Positions 48,008 through 58,076 of a stretch of 64,000 bases of DNA are shown here, one piece after another (position 1 is the stretch's first letter; every line of letters begins with the position of its first letter). Position numbers and translations under genes: made by a program. This DNA comes from Candidatus Uhrbacteria bacterium (lineage in GTDB: Bacteria > Patescibacteriota > Patescibacteriia > UBA9934). The notes below the pieces were generated by a model, which worked only from the letters and a program-made list of their open reading frames with translations, ran no database searches and was not told where the DNA came from. The stretch is from assembly GCA_943359525.1 (NCBI GenBank), contig CALRHV010000002.1:25040-89039 (forward strand). Direction: 5' to 3'.

Positions 48008-49396
48008 ATGGCAAAACGCATCACAAAACAAAGCTTTTATCGCTACTTGAAATGCCCATCGTGGATTTTTTACGACGCGACATTGCCGCGTCGGGACGAT
48101 GCGTTGCGAGCGCGAGTACAGGACGACTCCTTGATTCAAGAACAAGAGCGTGCAATTTTGGTTACACGGAAATCGATCGAGATTTCAGAGGAAACCGAGG
48201 AGGCAACATTCGCAAAAACGGTGGAGCTCATGAAGCAGGGCGCGCAATCGATTTACGGCGGTGTACTCATTCACGGACATTGGGTTGCGAAACCAGATCT
48301 TTTTGAGCGTGTCTCCGGAAAATCCACCTTCGGCGATTACTACTACGTTGCGTGCGACATCAAGCGCTCCCGTCATCTCAAAGACGAATATTGTGTGCAA
48401 GGTGCGTTCTATGCCGAGGTGCTTCGCGGCATTCAAGGCATGAAACCAAAACAGGGATACATCATGCGGCCAGACGGCACCGTCGAGGCGTATGTTCTCG
48501 AAGAATATCTCACAAAGTTCCGACTCACCCTAGACGGCATCGAACGAATCCTTGAAGGTATTCGCGAGCCGCACTTTCTCACATCGGATTGCAAGCAATC
48601 GCCATGGTTCGACGAGTGCAAAAAAGAAACCATCGCGAGTGATCATCTTTCCCGCATGAATCGCATTTGGCGGAGTGAAGTGACGGCGTTGAACGACGCG
48701 GGGATTACAACAGTAACGCAGCTTTCCACACGCAACGCGGACCTTCTTGCTCGCGGTGTTCCCGGCGTTACGCAAGAACGATTGCAATTTCTCATCCTTG
48801 GCGCAAAAGCGTTGCTCGACGGAAAGCCTGTTGTTCTCGGCAAGATCGATTTTCCAAAAACCGATGACGCGCTCGTCGTCGATATCGAAGCTGATCCACT
48901 GCGTGATTTGCACTATCTCTTTGGCGTGCTTGATGTTCACGGCCAAGATGATGAATTTCACACGTTCCTTGCGGAAAAGCAGGACGAGGAAAAGGCAGCC
49001 TGGGATGCATTTGTTGCGTTTATGGAATCGCGTCCTGGTATTCCGGTGTATCACTATGGCTGGTACGAGCAAGACGTATTTCGATTAATGGCAGAACGCC
49101 ACGGTGCGCCAGAAGGATTCGTGGACGACCTCGCGGAGCGATCTGTGGATGTTCTGGAGCGTTTGCGCGAAGCGGTGATTTTCCCACTTTCGTTCTATTC
49201 ATTAAAAGACATTGCGCAGTTTCTTGGCTTCCGTTGGCGTCACGACGACGCGTCGGGGCTGAATTCGGTGTTGTGGTACGAGGATTGGTTGCGTACAGGC
49301 AATCGCGAAATGCTCAACGATGTGCTTCGCTACAATGAAGACGACGTGCGAGCGACTTGGGTTGTAAGGCAGTGGGGTAAACAGAGAACGTCCTAA
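48008..49396 (+). CDS. TM0106-family RecB-like nuclease with RNase H-like C-terminal domain
   Basis: PDL...DIK PD-(D/E)xK motif; DIE, YHY..YE, YSLK.IA..LGF.WR and YNEDD..AT. Confidence 0.88.
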   Translation: MAKRITKQSFYRYLKCPSWIFYDATLPRRDDALRARVQDDSLIQEQERAILVTRKSIEISEETEEATFAKTVELMKQGAQSIYGGVLIHGHWVAKPDLFERVSGKSTFGDYYYVACDIKRSRHLKDEYCVQGAFYAEVLRGIQGMKPKQGYIMRPDGTVEAYVLEEYLTKFRLTLDGIERILEGIREPHFLTSDCKQSPWFDECKKETIASDHLSRMNRIWRSEVTALNDAGITTVTQLSTRNADLLARGVPGVTQERLQFLILGAKALLDGKPVVLGKIDFPKTDDALVVDIEADPLRDLHYLFGVLDVHGQDDEFHTFLAEKQDEEKAAWDAFVAFMESRPGIPVYHYGWYEQDVFRLMAERHGAPEGFVDDLAERSVDVLERLREAVIFPLSFYSLKDIAQFLGFRWRHDDASGLNSVLWYEDWLRTGNREMLNDVLRYNEDDVRATWVVRQWGKQRTS

Positions 49397-49508
49397 TTTT
49401 GCCGAGTTTCGACTCAGATCATCGAAAACTTCTTCAACGTACCGAGAAGTACGTCTCAGAAGCTTTTCTCGACCTTCATCGAAACTCGACTAAAATTAGA
49501 ACGTTCTC
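49384..49508. repeat. 125-bp hairpin element, family E copy 3
   Basis: GAGAACGT...ACGTTCTC terminal repeat with core CAACGTACCGAGAAGTACGTCTC; supplies the nuclease stop codon. Confidence 0.75.
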
Positions 49509-49516
49509 AAAATATT

Positions 49517-50389
49517 ATGATCATACAAAAGCTTTTTCAGAATCCTTATGATGGGAAGACGCGTCCATGGAAGCCATGGTACGGGTATCTTTTTGGCATT
49601 GTCGCACTCGTGAGCGTTGGGTTGTACACGTATCAACGACTGAACGGTGGGCCGGTGGTTCCAACATCAACAGTGCCATCGGTGACATATAGCGAGTTGG
49701 TGAAGAAGCAAGAGCCGGTATCGGAACCAACTCCGACTCCGACTCCGTCGCCGACGCCTGCTCCGTCCGACCTCTCCGAAGTTGCAAAGACGGCCCTTGA
49801 GGTGATCAAGACGCCGGCGGCAACGTCGAAGAATCTCGATGTTCCATTCACATCGCAGGCACCGTTTGCTGTGTGGGATATTGTGCACGAAGACACGTGC
49901 GAGGAAGCGGCGATTTATATGGCGGTGGAATTTTACGCTGGCGTGAGCGGCGTGATTGATCCTGCAGTTGCAGACAAAGCATTGCTCGCTATGGTAGATG
50001 CAGAAACAGCACAGGGATTAAAAGTGAGTGTGACGGTGGCGGAGCTTGGAGCCTTTGCGGAATCGTTCTTTCCAGGAATCAAGGCAACCGTTATCGATAA
50101 CCCAACCATTCAGCAGATCAAGGCGTACATCAACGCCGGAACTCCGGTTGTTGTTCCGGCGCGGGGCCGTGAGCTTGGAAACCCCTTCTATTCCGGACTT
50201 GGACCGCTGTATCACTTGTTTACGATTCGCGGATACGACGGCGACAATTTCATCACGAACGACCCAGGTACGCGCCGTGGAGAGAATTACGTCTATCCGC
50301 AATCCGTGATCATGAGCACGATGGCAGATTGGAACAACGGCGACGTCGCGAACGGTGCAAAGCGAATTCTCATTCTTGAGAAAAAGTAA
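49517..50389 (+). CDS. Membrane-anchored C39-like peptidase
   Basis: VPFTSQAP...CEEA, H...I.GYD and NDPG motifs; PT linker. Confidence 0.85.
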   Translation: MIIQKLFQNPYDGKTRPWKPWYGYLFGIVALVSVGLYTYQRLNGGPVVPTSTVPSVTYSELVKKQEPVSEPTPTPTPSPTPAPSDLSEVAKTALEVIKTPAATSKNLDVPFTSQAPFAVWDIVHEDTCEEAAIYMAVEFYAGVSGVIDPAVADKALLAMVDAETAQGLKVSVTVAELGAFAESFFPGIKATVIDNPTIQQIKAYINAGTPVVVPARGRELGNPFYSGLGPLYHLFTIRGYDGDNFITNDPGTRRGENYVYPQSVIMSTMADWNNGDVANGAKRILILEKK

Positions 50390-50410
50390 ATCGCTCGCTG
50401 GTTGCTCGAC

Positions 50411-50447
50411 TCAGTCATCCTGAACGAAGTGAAGGATCTCTCGCAGG
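50411..50447. repeat. REP monomer, family A
   Basis: GTCATCCTGAACGAAGTGAAGGATCTCTCGCAGG. Confidence 0.75.
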
Positions 50448-50466
50448 TTAAACACTCCGTTCACTC

Positions 50467-50612
50467 ATCAACAGGTCCTGTCACCTCGGACCCCGTTACG
50501 GTGCTCACCGCGCACGACATGCTCTCGGTAATCGTCATCATATTCTGTGCTCGTTGCGCTCCGTACTTGTCCCCGGAGGGGGCGGGGGCCTCCCTCGGCG
50601 CCACCCGTTGAT
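50467..50612. repeat. Family F element copy 2 (146 bp)
   Basis: Shares CCTCGGACCCCGTTACGGTGCTCA, TGTGCTCGTTGCGCTCCGTAC and CCTCCCTCGGCGCCACCCGTTGAT with copy 1. Confidence 0.8.
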
Positions 50613-50630
50613 TCGTTCGCTTTGTACTAT

Positions 50631-51908
50631 ATGCCTCCAGCAATCATCTCCGTTTCCGACTATCTCGGACTCGTCAATCACGCGCTTCGCACTATTCCTC
50701 ACGAGGGAATGGTGATCGAGGGTGAGGTTGTTGAGTTTAAAGTGAGCCAAGGCAAATGGGTGAATTTTGATTTAAAGGACGAGAAATCCGAAGCAAAGAT
50801 TTCATGTTTCATGACAGTGTTTGCATTGAATGTGCCGTTGCAAAGTGGCATGCGAGTGCACGTAACGGGAACGTCAAAAGTATTTGAACGATTTGGAAAA
50901 TTTACGTTGAACGTGACGGCAATCGAGCTCGTTGGCGAAGGTGCGTTGCAAAAAGCGTATCTTGCACTGAAGGAGAAGCTCCGATCGGAAGGAATGTTCG
51001 AGACGGCACGGAAGCGATTGATTCCGCGATTCCCCGAACGCATTGGTCTTATTACTTCCAGTGAGGCTGCGGCGTACGGTGACTTCCTTCGCATTCTTCG
51101 CAACCGATGGAGCGGCGTGACGGTGACGCATGTTCCGGTGACGGTGCAGGGGAAAGATGCTGTACAAGAAGTCATCGGCGCGTTTGCGCAGTTGAACGCG
51201 TTGCCGATCGACAGCCGACCAGAAGTGATCGTGCTGACCCGCGGGGGAGGAAGTCTCGAGGATCTCCACGCGTTTAACAGCGAGGCTGTAGTGCGCGCCG
51301 TATTTCAGAGCGCAATTCCGGTGGTGGTGGGTGTTGGTCATGAACGTGACGAGTCGTTGTGCGACTTTGTTGCCGACGTTCGTGCGTCCACGCCGAGCAA
51401 CGCAGCTGAGCGCGTTGTTCCTGATCGTCGAGAGATTGAAACGAGCATTGCTGTCGATATCGACAGAATTGGTGATCAACTTCAACACGAGATCGACAAC
51501 AGAACACATGAGGTCGATCGCGCCGTGAGCATCTTTGATCGGTCGCTTGCGCGGTTGCTTCAGTCGATGAGTGACGTCACTCGGCGATTCGGTTACGCGT
51601 TTGAGCGATTCCGCCTCAGTCTCATTGCCACCGTCGAACATGTTGATCGCAGAGTTCAGGCGATCGACGGCCGAATGAAATTGGCCATCGATGAGCGCTC
51701 ACGATCAATCACCGAGCTTGAACGTGTGCTAAAAAGCATCGATCCGCGGGAAGTGTTGAAGCGAGGATACGCGTTGGTACGATCGGCGGGGAAAATCCTT
51801 CGCTCTCACCGTGATGTTGCCCCCGGAGACCGTCTCACCATACAATTGGGGGAGGGAGAGATCCGCGCCCAAGTGGAAACGAATGCAGTGCAGGAATCTC
51901 TATTATAA
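50631..51908 (+). CDS. xseA: Exodeoxyribonuclease VII large subunit
   Basis: RGGGSLEDL..FN.E, GVGHE.D, TPS.AAE and L.RGYA motifs. Confidence 0.96.
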   Translation: MPPAIISVSDYLGLVNHALRTIPHEGMVIEGEVVEFKVSQGKWVNFDLKDEKSEAKISCFMTVFALNVPLQSGMRVHVTGTSKVFERFGKFTLNVTAIELVGEGALQKAYLALKEKLRSEGMFETARKRLIPRFPERIGLITSSEAAAYGDFLRILRNRWSGVTVTHVPVTVQGKDAVQEVIGAFAQLNALPIDSRPEVIVLTRGGGSLEDLHAFNSEAVVRAVFQSAIPVVVGVGHERDESLCDFVADVRASTPSNAAERVVPDRREIETSIAVDIDRIGDQLQHEIDNRTHEVDRAVSIFDRSLARLLQSMSDVTRRFGYAFERFRLSLIATVEHVDRRVQAIDGRMKLAIDERSRSITELERVLKSIDPREVLKRGYALVRSAGKILRSHRDVAPGDRLTIQLGEGEIRAQVETNAVQESLL

Positions 51909-51927
51909 AAATCTTCATGAGCTATCA

Positions 51928-52008
51928 GTCATTCTGAGCGTATGCGAAGAATCTCTCGCAGGTGATCCGGATAACCTACGAGAGATCCTTCGTTACACTC
52001 AGGATGAC
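51928..52008. repeat. REP dimer, family A
   Basis: Nearly identical to 10337-10416. Confidence 0.85.
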
Positions 52009-52033
52009 TGCGGGGCTCGTGATACCAGAACAT

Positions 52034-52261
52034 ATGTCGAAAAAAATATCGTTCGCGGATGCCTTTCAGGAGTTGGAATCGATTACCGAGTGGTTCGAAA
52101 CGCAGAACGTGGATCTTGATGAAGGGGTAAAGAAATTTGAGCGCGGTCTTGAACTCGCAAAGATGCTGAAGGAAAAGCTTGCCGACGTGGAGAACACGGT
52201 GGTGACGCTGAAAAAGAAGTTTTCAGCACTCGACGGCGCTCCATTTGAAAATTCGTTATAA
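52034..52261 (+). CDS. xseB: Exodeoxyribonuclease VII small subunit
   Basis: F.....ELE.I...LDE....FERG..L pattern; follows xseA. Confidence 0.93.
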   Translation: MSKKISFADAFQELESITEWFETQNVDLDEGVKKFERGLELAKMLKEKLADVENTVVTLKKKFSALDGAPFENSL

Positions 52262-52271
52262 TCAATCCTAT

Positions 52272-52619
52272 ATGAAACTCATCCTTCGCTGGTTCATTAA
52301 TGCACTCACACTTCTTGCGGCAACGCAGATCATTGCAGGGTTCCATGTATCGAGCTTTTATTCGGCGCTTATTGCGGCGCTCGTCCTTGGGCTGCTCAAT
52401 GCAGTGATTCGCCCGATTCTCGTGCTTCTTACATTGCCAGTGAACATCGTTACTCTTGGTCTTTTCACTTTTGTGATCAACGGAGGAATTGTGTGGTTTA
52501 TGGCAACCTTCGTGAAAGGCGTTACGGTAACCGGATTCATGCCGGCGTTGATGGTGGGTATTTTAGCGTGGGCTGTGAGCACGCTAACGAGCTGGTTTTT
52601 CAAAGAAGTCGAGGAATAA
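52272..52619 (+). CDS. Phage holin family 4 (YvlD-like) membrane protein
   Basis: LN..IRP.L..LTLP...TLGLF..VING motif. Confidence 0.88.
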   Translation: MKLILRWFINALTLLAATQIIAGFHVSSFYSALIAALVLGLLNAVIRPILVLLTLPVNIVTLGLFTFVINGGIVWFMATFVKGVTVTGFMPALMVGILAWAVSTLTSWFFKEVEE

Positions 52620-52620
52620 T

Positions 52621-54354
52621 ATGAATATTCGTCGATTCACAATGGTACTGGGTTTCGTCTTTTTATGGTCCACGGCGTCGGTGCCATACGCGCATGCGAT
52701 AGATTTCACAGAACCAACGGTGAGTAAGGTGACTCCAATAACGGCGACGTACGGGGCTGCAACGACATTCTCAGTAACGTATTCGGACGGTGTTGGCGTA
52801 ACGAGTTGTCGATTGTTGAATGGCGGGGTGAACATGGGAACAATGACGCTTTCGGGAACAACAACGGGAACCGCAACGTATTCGTATACACCAACGTCAA
52901 CAGCATCGCTGAGCTTGCGAGCACGTTGTACGGATGCGGCTGGAAATTATACAGCCGGTACAGCGGTAACGGTGACGGTTTCCGCAGCTGGCGACACCAC
53001 GGCTCCTGCAGTAAATGGAGTGTCTTATGCTGCAGGGCCGAGCGATTCGGTAACGTTTACGATCAATGCATCTGACGCTGTGGGTATTTCGAGCTGTACG
53101 TTGTATGTGGATGGCGTATCTCAAGGCGCCGTCACATCTGAGCCAATGCTTTACACATATCATCCTTCTGCTGCTGGAACGGTTTCCGTGTACGCAACAT
53201 GCGTTGATGCGGCTGGGAACACCGGCACGGGTCCAACAGCGTCGGTAGCTGTTACGTATACAGATACTACAGATCCTGCTGTGGGTGTCCTCACGCCAAC
53301 AACGGCAACGGCTGGTTCTGCCGTAACATTTTCTGCAACGGTTTCTGACGCTGTTGGTGTGGCATCGTGCGCGTTATACATCGATTATGTTAGCCAAGGG
53401 GCAATGAGTATTTCGTCTGGAATAGCAACAAAATCTTACACGCCTTCTACGGCAGGAACGATTATTTCATTTGCAATCTGCTTAGACGCTGCTGGGAATT
53501 CAGGAACCGGGACTCCGTCATCTGTAACGGTTTCTGCTGCAGCAGCATCTGATGCTACTGCGCCATCGGTTGGTGTAGTTACTCCAACAACAGCAACAGT
53601 AGGAACGGAAGTAATATTTTCTGTATCGGCTTCAGATTCGGTGGGAGTAACGAGCTGCTCCCTGTATATAGGCGGAGTAAGTCAGGGTGGTATGAATATT
53701 GTTTCCGGTTCGGCAATAAAGGCATACACGCCGTCTGCCGCAGGAACAGTTTCCGCATACGTAACCTGTGTTGACCTTGCTGGAAACACGGGAACGGGCG
53801 CGGCAACATCGATTACGATAAGCTCCTCCTCTACGTCAACGACTACAACTACCACAACAGCCGAAGAGAGTTCTGCGGTAGAAGAAGCTGCACATAACAC
53901 GTTAATCAAGCTTGCATGTGGCGTTATAGCCTACGCAACAGACCCATGTCACGCGGTATATTATTACGATGGATCGCGTCACGCCTTTCCGAATGAAAAA
54001 GTATTTTTCACGTGGTATCAGGATTTCGACGACGTGATTGTGGTTACCGACGACTTTATGGCATCCGCAACACTTGGAAAGAATGTGACGTATCACCCGG
54101 GAACTCGCATGGTGAAGTTTATTACGGTTCGGACGGTGTATGCTGTTGGGGAAAGCGGTGAACTTCGTGCTGTTGCAAGCGAAGACGTTGCAGTAAGCAT
54201 TTGGGGGAGTGACTGGAACACACAGATTGACGACATTAGCGACGCATTCTTTGGCAACTACGAATTCGGCGAGGCCATAGACAGCACCAGTGACTTCGAT
54301 CCCGACGCCGTGGAAGCATCGGTGACGAATATTGCAGAAATGTTTACAAAATAA
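52621..54354 (+). CDS. Secreted surface protein with 4 Cys-paired Ig-like repeats and a CPR-type C-terminal domain
   Basis: Signal peptide; D..P.V...SC.LY..G...C.D.AGN repeats; AVYYYDG.RHAFPNEKVFFTWY. Confidence 0.85.
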   Translation: MNIRRFTMVLGFVFLWSTASVPYAHAIDFTEPTVSKVTPITATYGAATTFSVTYSDGVGVTSCRLLNGGVNMGTMTLSGTTTGTATYSYTPTSTASLSLRARCTDAAGNYTAGTAVTVTVSAAGDTTAPAVNGVSYAAGPSDSVTFTINASDAVGISSCTLYVDGVSQGAVTSEPMLYTYHPSAAGTVSVYATCVDAAGNTGTGPTASVAVTYTDTTDPAVGVLTPTTATAGSAVTFSATVSDAVGVASCALYIDYVSQGAMSISSGIATKSYTPSTAGTIISFAICLDAAGNSGTGTPSSVTVSAAAASDATAPSVGVVTPTTATVGTEVIFSVSASDSVGVTSCSLYIGGVSQGGMNIVSGSAIKAYTPSAAGTVSAYVTCVDLAGNTGTGAATSITISSSSTSTTTTTTTAEESSAVEEAAHNTLIKLACGVIAYATDPCHAVYYYDGSRHAFPNEKVFFTWYQDFDDVIVVTDDFMASATLGKNVTYHPGTRMVKFITVRTVYAVGESGELRAVASEDVAVSIWGSDWNTQIDDISDAFFGNYEFGEAIDSTSDFDPDAVEASVTNIAEMFTK

Positions 54355-54365
54355 TTCATTTTTCT

Positions 54366-57281
54366 ATGAAGAAGTCGTCCACCTTGAGTATTTGTCGATT
54401 CGCGATGTTCCTCGGTTTCGTATTCTTATGGTCGATGGCTTCTGTACCGTTCGCATTCGCGGTAGACGGCACGGCTCCGGTGGTTGGCACCGCATCGCCA
54501 CTCACAGCGACTGTGGGAACCTCGGCCCTCTTTTCCGTCACGTACTCAGATACGGTCGGTGTCACGAGCTGTACGTTGTATGCAGAAAAAGGCGCGACAG
54601 CCCTGAATAGTGGAATGACTCTTGGCTCGGCAACGAGTGGAACAGCAACGGCATCGCTTGCATTTACGATTGCTGGAACATACACCACGTACGCCATGTG
54701 TTCTGACGCGGGTGGCAATAATGGTATTGGTGCATCCGTGAGCGTTGTGGTGAGTGCGGCGTCTACGGATACCACAGCTCCGACTGTGGGTACGCCTTCG
54801 CCAACGACGGCCACCGCGGGAACAGCAGTGACAATTTCGGTGAGTTATTCCGATGCGGTTGGGGTAGCGTCGTGTAGCCTTGCGGTGGACGGTGACATTC
54901 AGACGGGATCGATGACGCTTGGCGCTTCGGCAACAAGCGGAACAGCAACAAAGTCGTATACACCATCTGCTGCTGGAACGTCCACGGTGCTAATCGCATG
55001 TGTTGATGCGGCCGGGAATGCGGGGCAGAGCACAGCAACGTCTCTCGTTGTTGCTTCCGCTGCGGACACCACGGCGCCAACGGTAGGATCGGTTTCTCCT
55101 TCATCGGCAACAGCTGGCACCGCGGTAAGCTTTTCTGTCTCTGCTGGAGATGATGCATTATCAAGCTGTTCATTGTATGTTGGCGGGGTGAATCAGGGCA
55201 TCATGACTGTTGATAGCAGTACGCCAACATCTAGTCGATCGTATACCTTTTCAAGTGCTGGAACGTATAGTGTGTACGCAACATGTGTTGATGAATCTGG
55301 GAATGTTGGTACCGGAGCAACGACATCGGTGATCGTGGCAAGTTCAGATATTACTACGCCAACCGTAGGAAGCGTGACTCCGTTAACGGCGACAATTGGC
55401 GTAGCAAAAACATTTTCTGCAACGTATGCAGATGCGGTTGGCGTGTCGAGCTGTGCGTTGTACGTATCAGGAGCAAGTGTCGGCGCCATGACGCTTGGAG
55501 CGTCGGCAACGACGGGAACCGCAACGTATTCGTATACGGCATCAGCAAGCGGATCCGTCTCCATCCAGGCAAAATGTACCGATGCTGCAGGAAATGTTGG
55601 AAGCGGAACGTCGAAAACGTTGGTAGTTGCTGGCGATACCACGGCCCCAACGGTGGGAACAGTTTCTCCAACTACAGCAACTGTAGGAACTGCAGTGACA
55701 TTTGCTGCGACAGTGTCCGACAACGTCGCTGTGACCGGTTGTACGCTGTACGTTGGCGGCGTGAGCCAAGGCGCTATGACTATTTCTGGAGGATCGGCAA
55801 GTAAGCAATATACGTTTTCTACAAGCGGATCGTCTGCCGCAAAGGCAACGTGTGTTGATGCCGCGGGCAATAGTGGAAGCGGAACGCCGGTAACCGTGAC
55901 GGTATCGGCTGCGTCGGCGGCAGACACCACAGCTCCAACGGTTGGATCCCTTACTCCAACCACTGCAACCGTTGGTGTTGGTACGTCTTTCAGCGCTGGC
56001 TACAGTGATGCCGTCGGCGTTGTCAGCTGCGCGGCGTACATTGACGGTGCTGCGTCGGCGATGGCGTTGGCGAGTGGATTGGCCTCGATAACGGAAACAT
56101 TTACCACATCGGGAAGCCACACGATGTACATGACATGTTTGGATGCCGCGGGGAACATTGGCACAGGAAGCACAACCACTGTTACGGTGGCAGCAGCGTC
56201 AACGGATAGCACTGGGCCAACGGTTGGAACCGTTTCGCCAACGACGGCAACACAAAACACCGCAACAACGTTATCTGTAATGGTGACAGACGCGTCTGCA
56301 ATTGCTGAATGTCGCTTATACGTTGGTGGGAGCGACCAGGGACCGATGACTGCGTTGTCGTCCACCTATAGCCGGAGTTACACATCGGCAAGTAGCGGAA
56401 CGATTGCCGCGTATGCAGTTTGTAATGATACTGCTGGGAACAGCACGACGGGAACGTCGGCGACCATTACTTTTGCTGCTGCAGTATCAACAGCGGCCGA
56501 CAGCGTTGCTCCAACGGTTGGCGCTATTACGCCAACAACCGCTGTTGTAGGAACCGCACTCACGCTGAGTGCATCCGTTGCAGATAGTGGTGGCATGGGA
56601 ACGTGCACATTGTATGTGAATAGCTCGAACATGGGTTCCATGACCGTTTCTGGAGGGTACGCAACGTATTTGTACACCTTTACCGGAGCAGGAAGCGCTG
56701 CAGCAAATGCGTATTGTGTTGACGCAGCTGGGAATGCCACGCGCGGCGCAACGTCTACCGTGAGTATTACCACAACGGAAACAACGTCCGAAGAAAGCGA
56801 AGCGGTGGGTGAAGCCGCGGAAAATACGCTCATCAAACTTGCGTGCGGTTCGACCGCCGATGTTTCGGATCCATGCCACGCGGTGTATTACTTTGACGGA
56901 TATCGTCACGCCTTCCCGAACGAAAAAGTCTTCTTCACATGGTACGAGGATTTTGACGACGTGATTGTGGTGACGGACGACTTCATGGCATCGGTTACGC
57001 TCGGCTTGAACGTGACGTACCACCCAGGAACCCGCATGGTGAAATTCATTACGGTGCGCACGGTATACGCCGTGGGTTCCGACGGCGAGCTTCGCGCAAT
57101 TGCCAGCGAAGACGTTGCAGCCAGCATTTGGGGGAGCGACTGGAACACGCAAATCGACGACATCAGCGATGCCTTCTACGGTAACTACACCTTCGGCGAA
57201 GCCATCGACAGCACCAGCGACTTTGATCCCGACGCCGTCGAAAGCGCCACCACGAACATTGCTGAGATGTTCCCAGAATAG
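54366..57281 (+). CDS. Secreted surface protein with 8 Cys-paired Ig-like repeats and a paralogous C-terminal domain
   Basis: Same architecture as the upstream gene. Confidence 0.85.
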   Translation: MKKSSTLSICRFAMFLGFVFLWSMASVPFAFAVDGTAPVVGTASPLTATVGTSALFSVTYSDTVGVTSCTLYAEKGATALNSGMTLGSATSGTATASLAFTIAGTYTTYAMCSDAGGNNGIGASVSVVVSAASTDTTAPTVGTPSPTTATAGTAVTISVSYSDAVGVASCSLAVDGDIQTGSMTLGASATSGTATKSYTPSAAGTSTVLIACVDAAGNAGQSTATSLVVASAADTTAPTVGSVSPSSATAGTAVSFSVSAGDDALSSCSLYVGGVNQGIMTVDSSTPTSSRSYTFSSAGTYSVYATCVDESGNVGTGATTSVIVASSDITTPTVGSVTPLTATIGVAKTFSATYADAVGVSSCALYVSGASVGAMTLGASATTGTATYSYTASASGSVSIQAKCTDAAGNVGSGTSKTLVVAGDTTAPTVGTVSPTTATVGTAVTFAATVSDNVAVTGCTLYVGGVSQGAMTISGGSASKQYTFSTSGSSAAKATCVDAAGNSGSGTPVTVTVSAASAADTTAPTVGSLTPTTATVGVGTSFSAGYSDAVGVVSCAAYIDGAASAMALASGLASITETFTTSGSHTMYMTCLDAAGNIGTGSTTTVTVAAASTDSTGPTVGTVSPTTATQNTATTLSVMVTDASAIAECRLYVGGSDQGPMTALSSTYSRSYTSASSGTIAAYAVCNDTAGNSTTGTSATITFAAAVSTAADSVAPTVGAITPTTAVVGTALTLSASVADSGGMGTCTLYVNSSNMGSMTVSGGYATYLYTFTGAGSAAANAYCVDAAGNATRGATSTVSITTTETTSEESEAVGEAAENTLIKLACGSTADVSDPCHAVYYFDGYRHAFPNEKVFFTWYEDFDDVIVVTDDFMASVTLGLNVTYHPGTRMVKFITVRTVYAVGSDGELRAIASEDVAASIWGSDWNTQIDDISDAFYGNYTFGEAIDSTSDFDPDAVESATTNIAEMFPE

Positions 57282-57291
57282 CATCAAGCGG

Positions 57292-57442
57292 AAGGGATCA
57301 CCCCGCCGTTCGCGAACGGCGGGGTCAGGTCGTTTATCGTACGGTTTCTTCAGTATCCCGTCAGATTCACCTCTGGTCATCCCCGCGTAGGCGGGGATCC
57401 AGAGTGTTCGGAATGATGGATCCCCGCATTCGCGAGGATGAC
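57292..57442. repeat. REP cluster (family D 57292-57331; family C dimer 57376-57442)
   Basis: Matches to the other copies listed. Confidence 0.8.
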
Positions 57443-57490
57443 TGAAAATACATAAACCAAAACCGCCTCCGAATTCATCGAGGGCGGTTT

Positions 57491-57572
57491 TGTGTTACTC
57501 GCATAACCCACGATCGGAATCGATCATGAACTCTGCGGGTCGGTGGGGAGTCTTTCGTACTCCCCACCTCGT
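57491..57572 (-). ncRNA. Two-hairpin structured element, copy A (candidate 3'-UTR RNA motif)
   Basis: Homologous to 58077-58156 with a compensatory base-pair change. Confidence 0.5.
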
Positions 57573-57574
57573 TG

Positions 57575-58028
57575 TCACTTGAGGCTTCCGAGGATGTGCG
57601 GCTCGCCGAGCCTCACGTCCGGTGCGCTCACCGTCGGCTTGCTGAGCACGAACTCGGTCGGCGAGATAGGCACCATCGGAGAGACCGGCGTCACGGGGAA
57701 GGTGACAGTGAACTCAGCGATGCTGCAGGGCACGGTGGAGAATGTCTCGCGTACCCAGGGCGTTTCGCCGTCGTTCTCCTTCTGCTCAACGCACATCACG
57801 ATGACGTCGTGCCGAAGGATGTTGACGGGATGATTCGCGATCCACAGCGCCGCGGTCAATGCCGCGTTGTCCTCCAGGATCTGATCCTTGAGCGGCGGTC
57901 TCCGTGGCACGGCGGAGCTCTTCTGTTTCGAGTTTATGCGCGGCTACCTCCTTCTTGTCCTTGTCGATGATGGTGCCGAGGACAGCGAAGACGGCGATGA
58001 TGCCGACTGCGGGAAGAACGAATTTCAT
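57575..58028 (-). pseudogene. Exported hypothetical protein, probably frameshifted near 57890-57910
   Basis: GGAGG-ATG signal-peptide ORF overlaps a +1-frame ORF that ends at the structured element. Confidence 0.5.
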
Positions 58029-58076
58029 GAAAGCCTCCAACTCGTCGGGCGGACGAGTGTTGCGAACGGTTGAGTA

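Noticed and set aside
52272-52619. Prophage signalled by the holin-family gene
   Set aside because: YvlD-like genes are commonly chromosomal and no phage structural or replication genes are nearby
53880-57281. DGR template/variable repeat pair in the duplicated C-terminal domains
   Set aside because: Both copies are coding, differences are not adenine-specific by eye, and no reverse transcriptase is present
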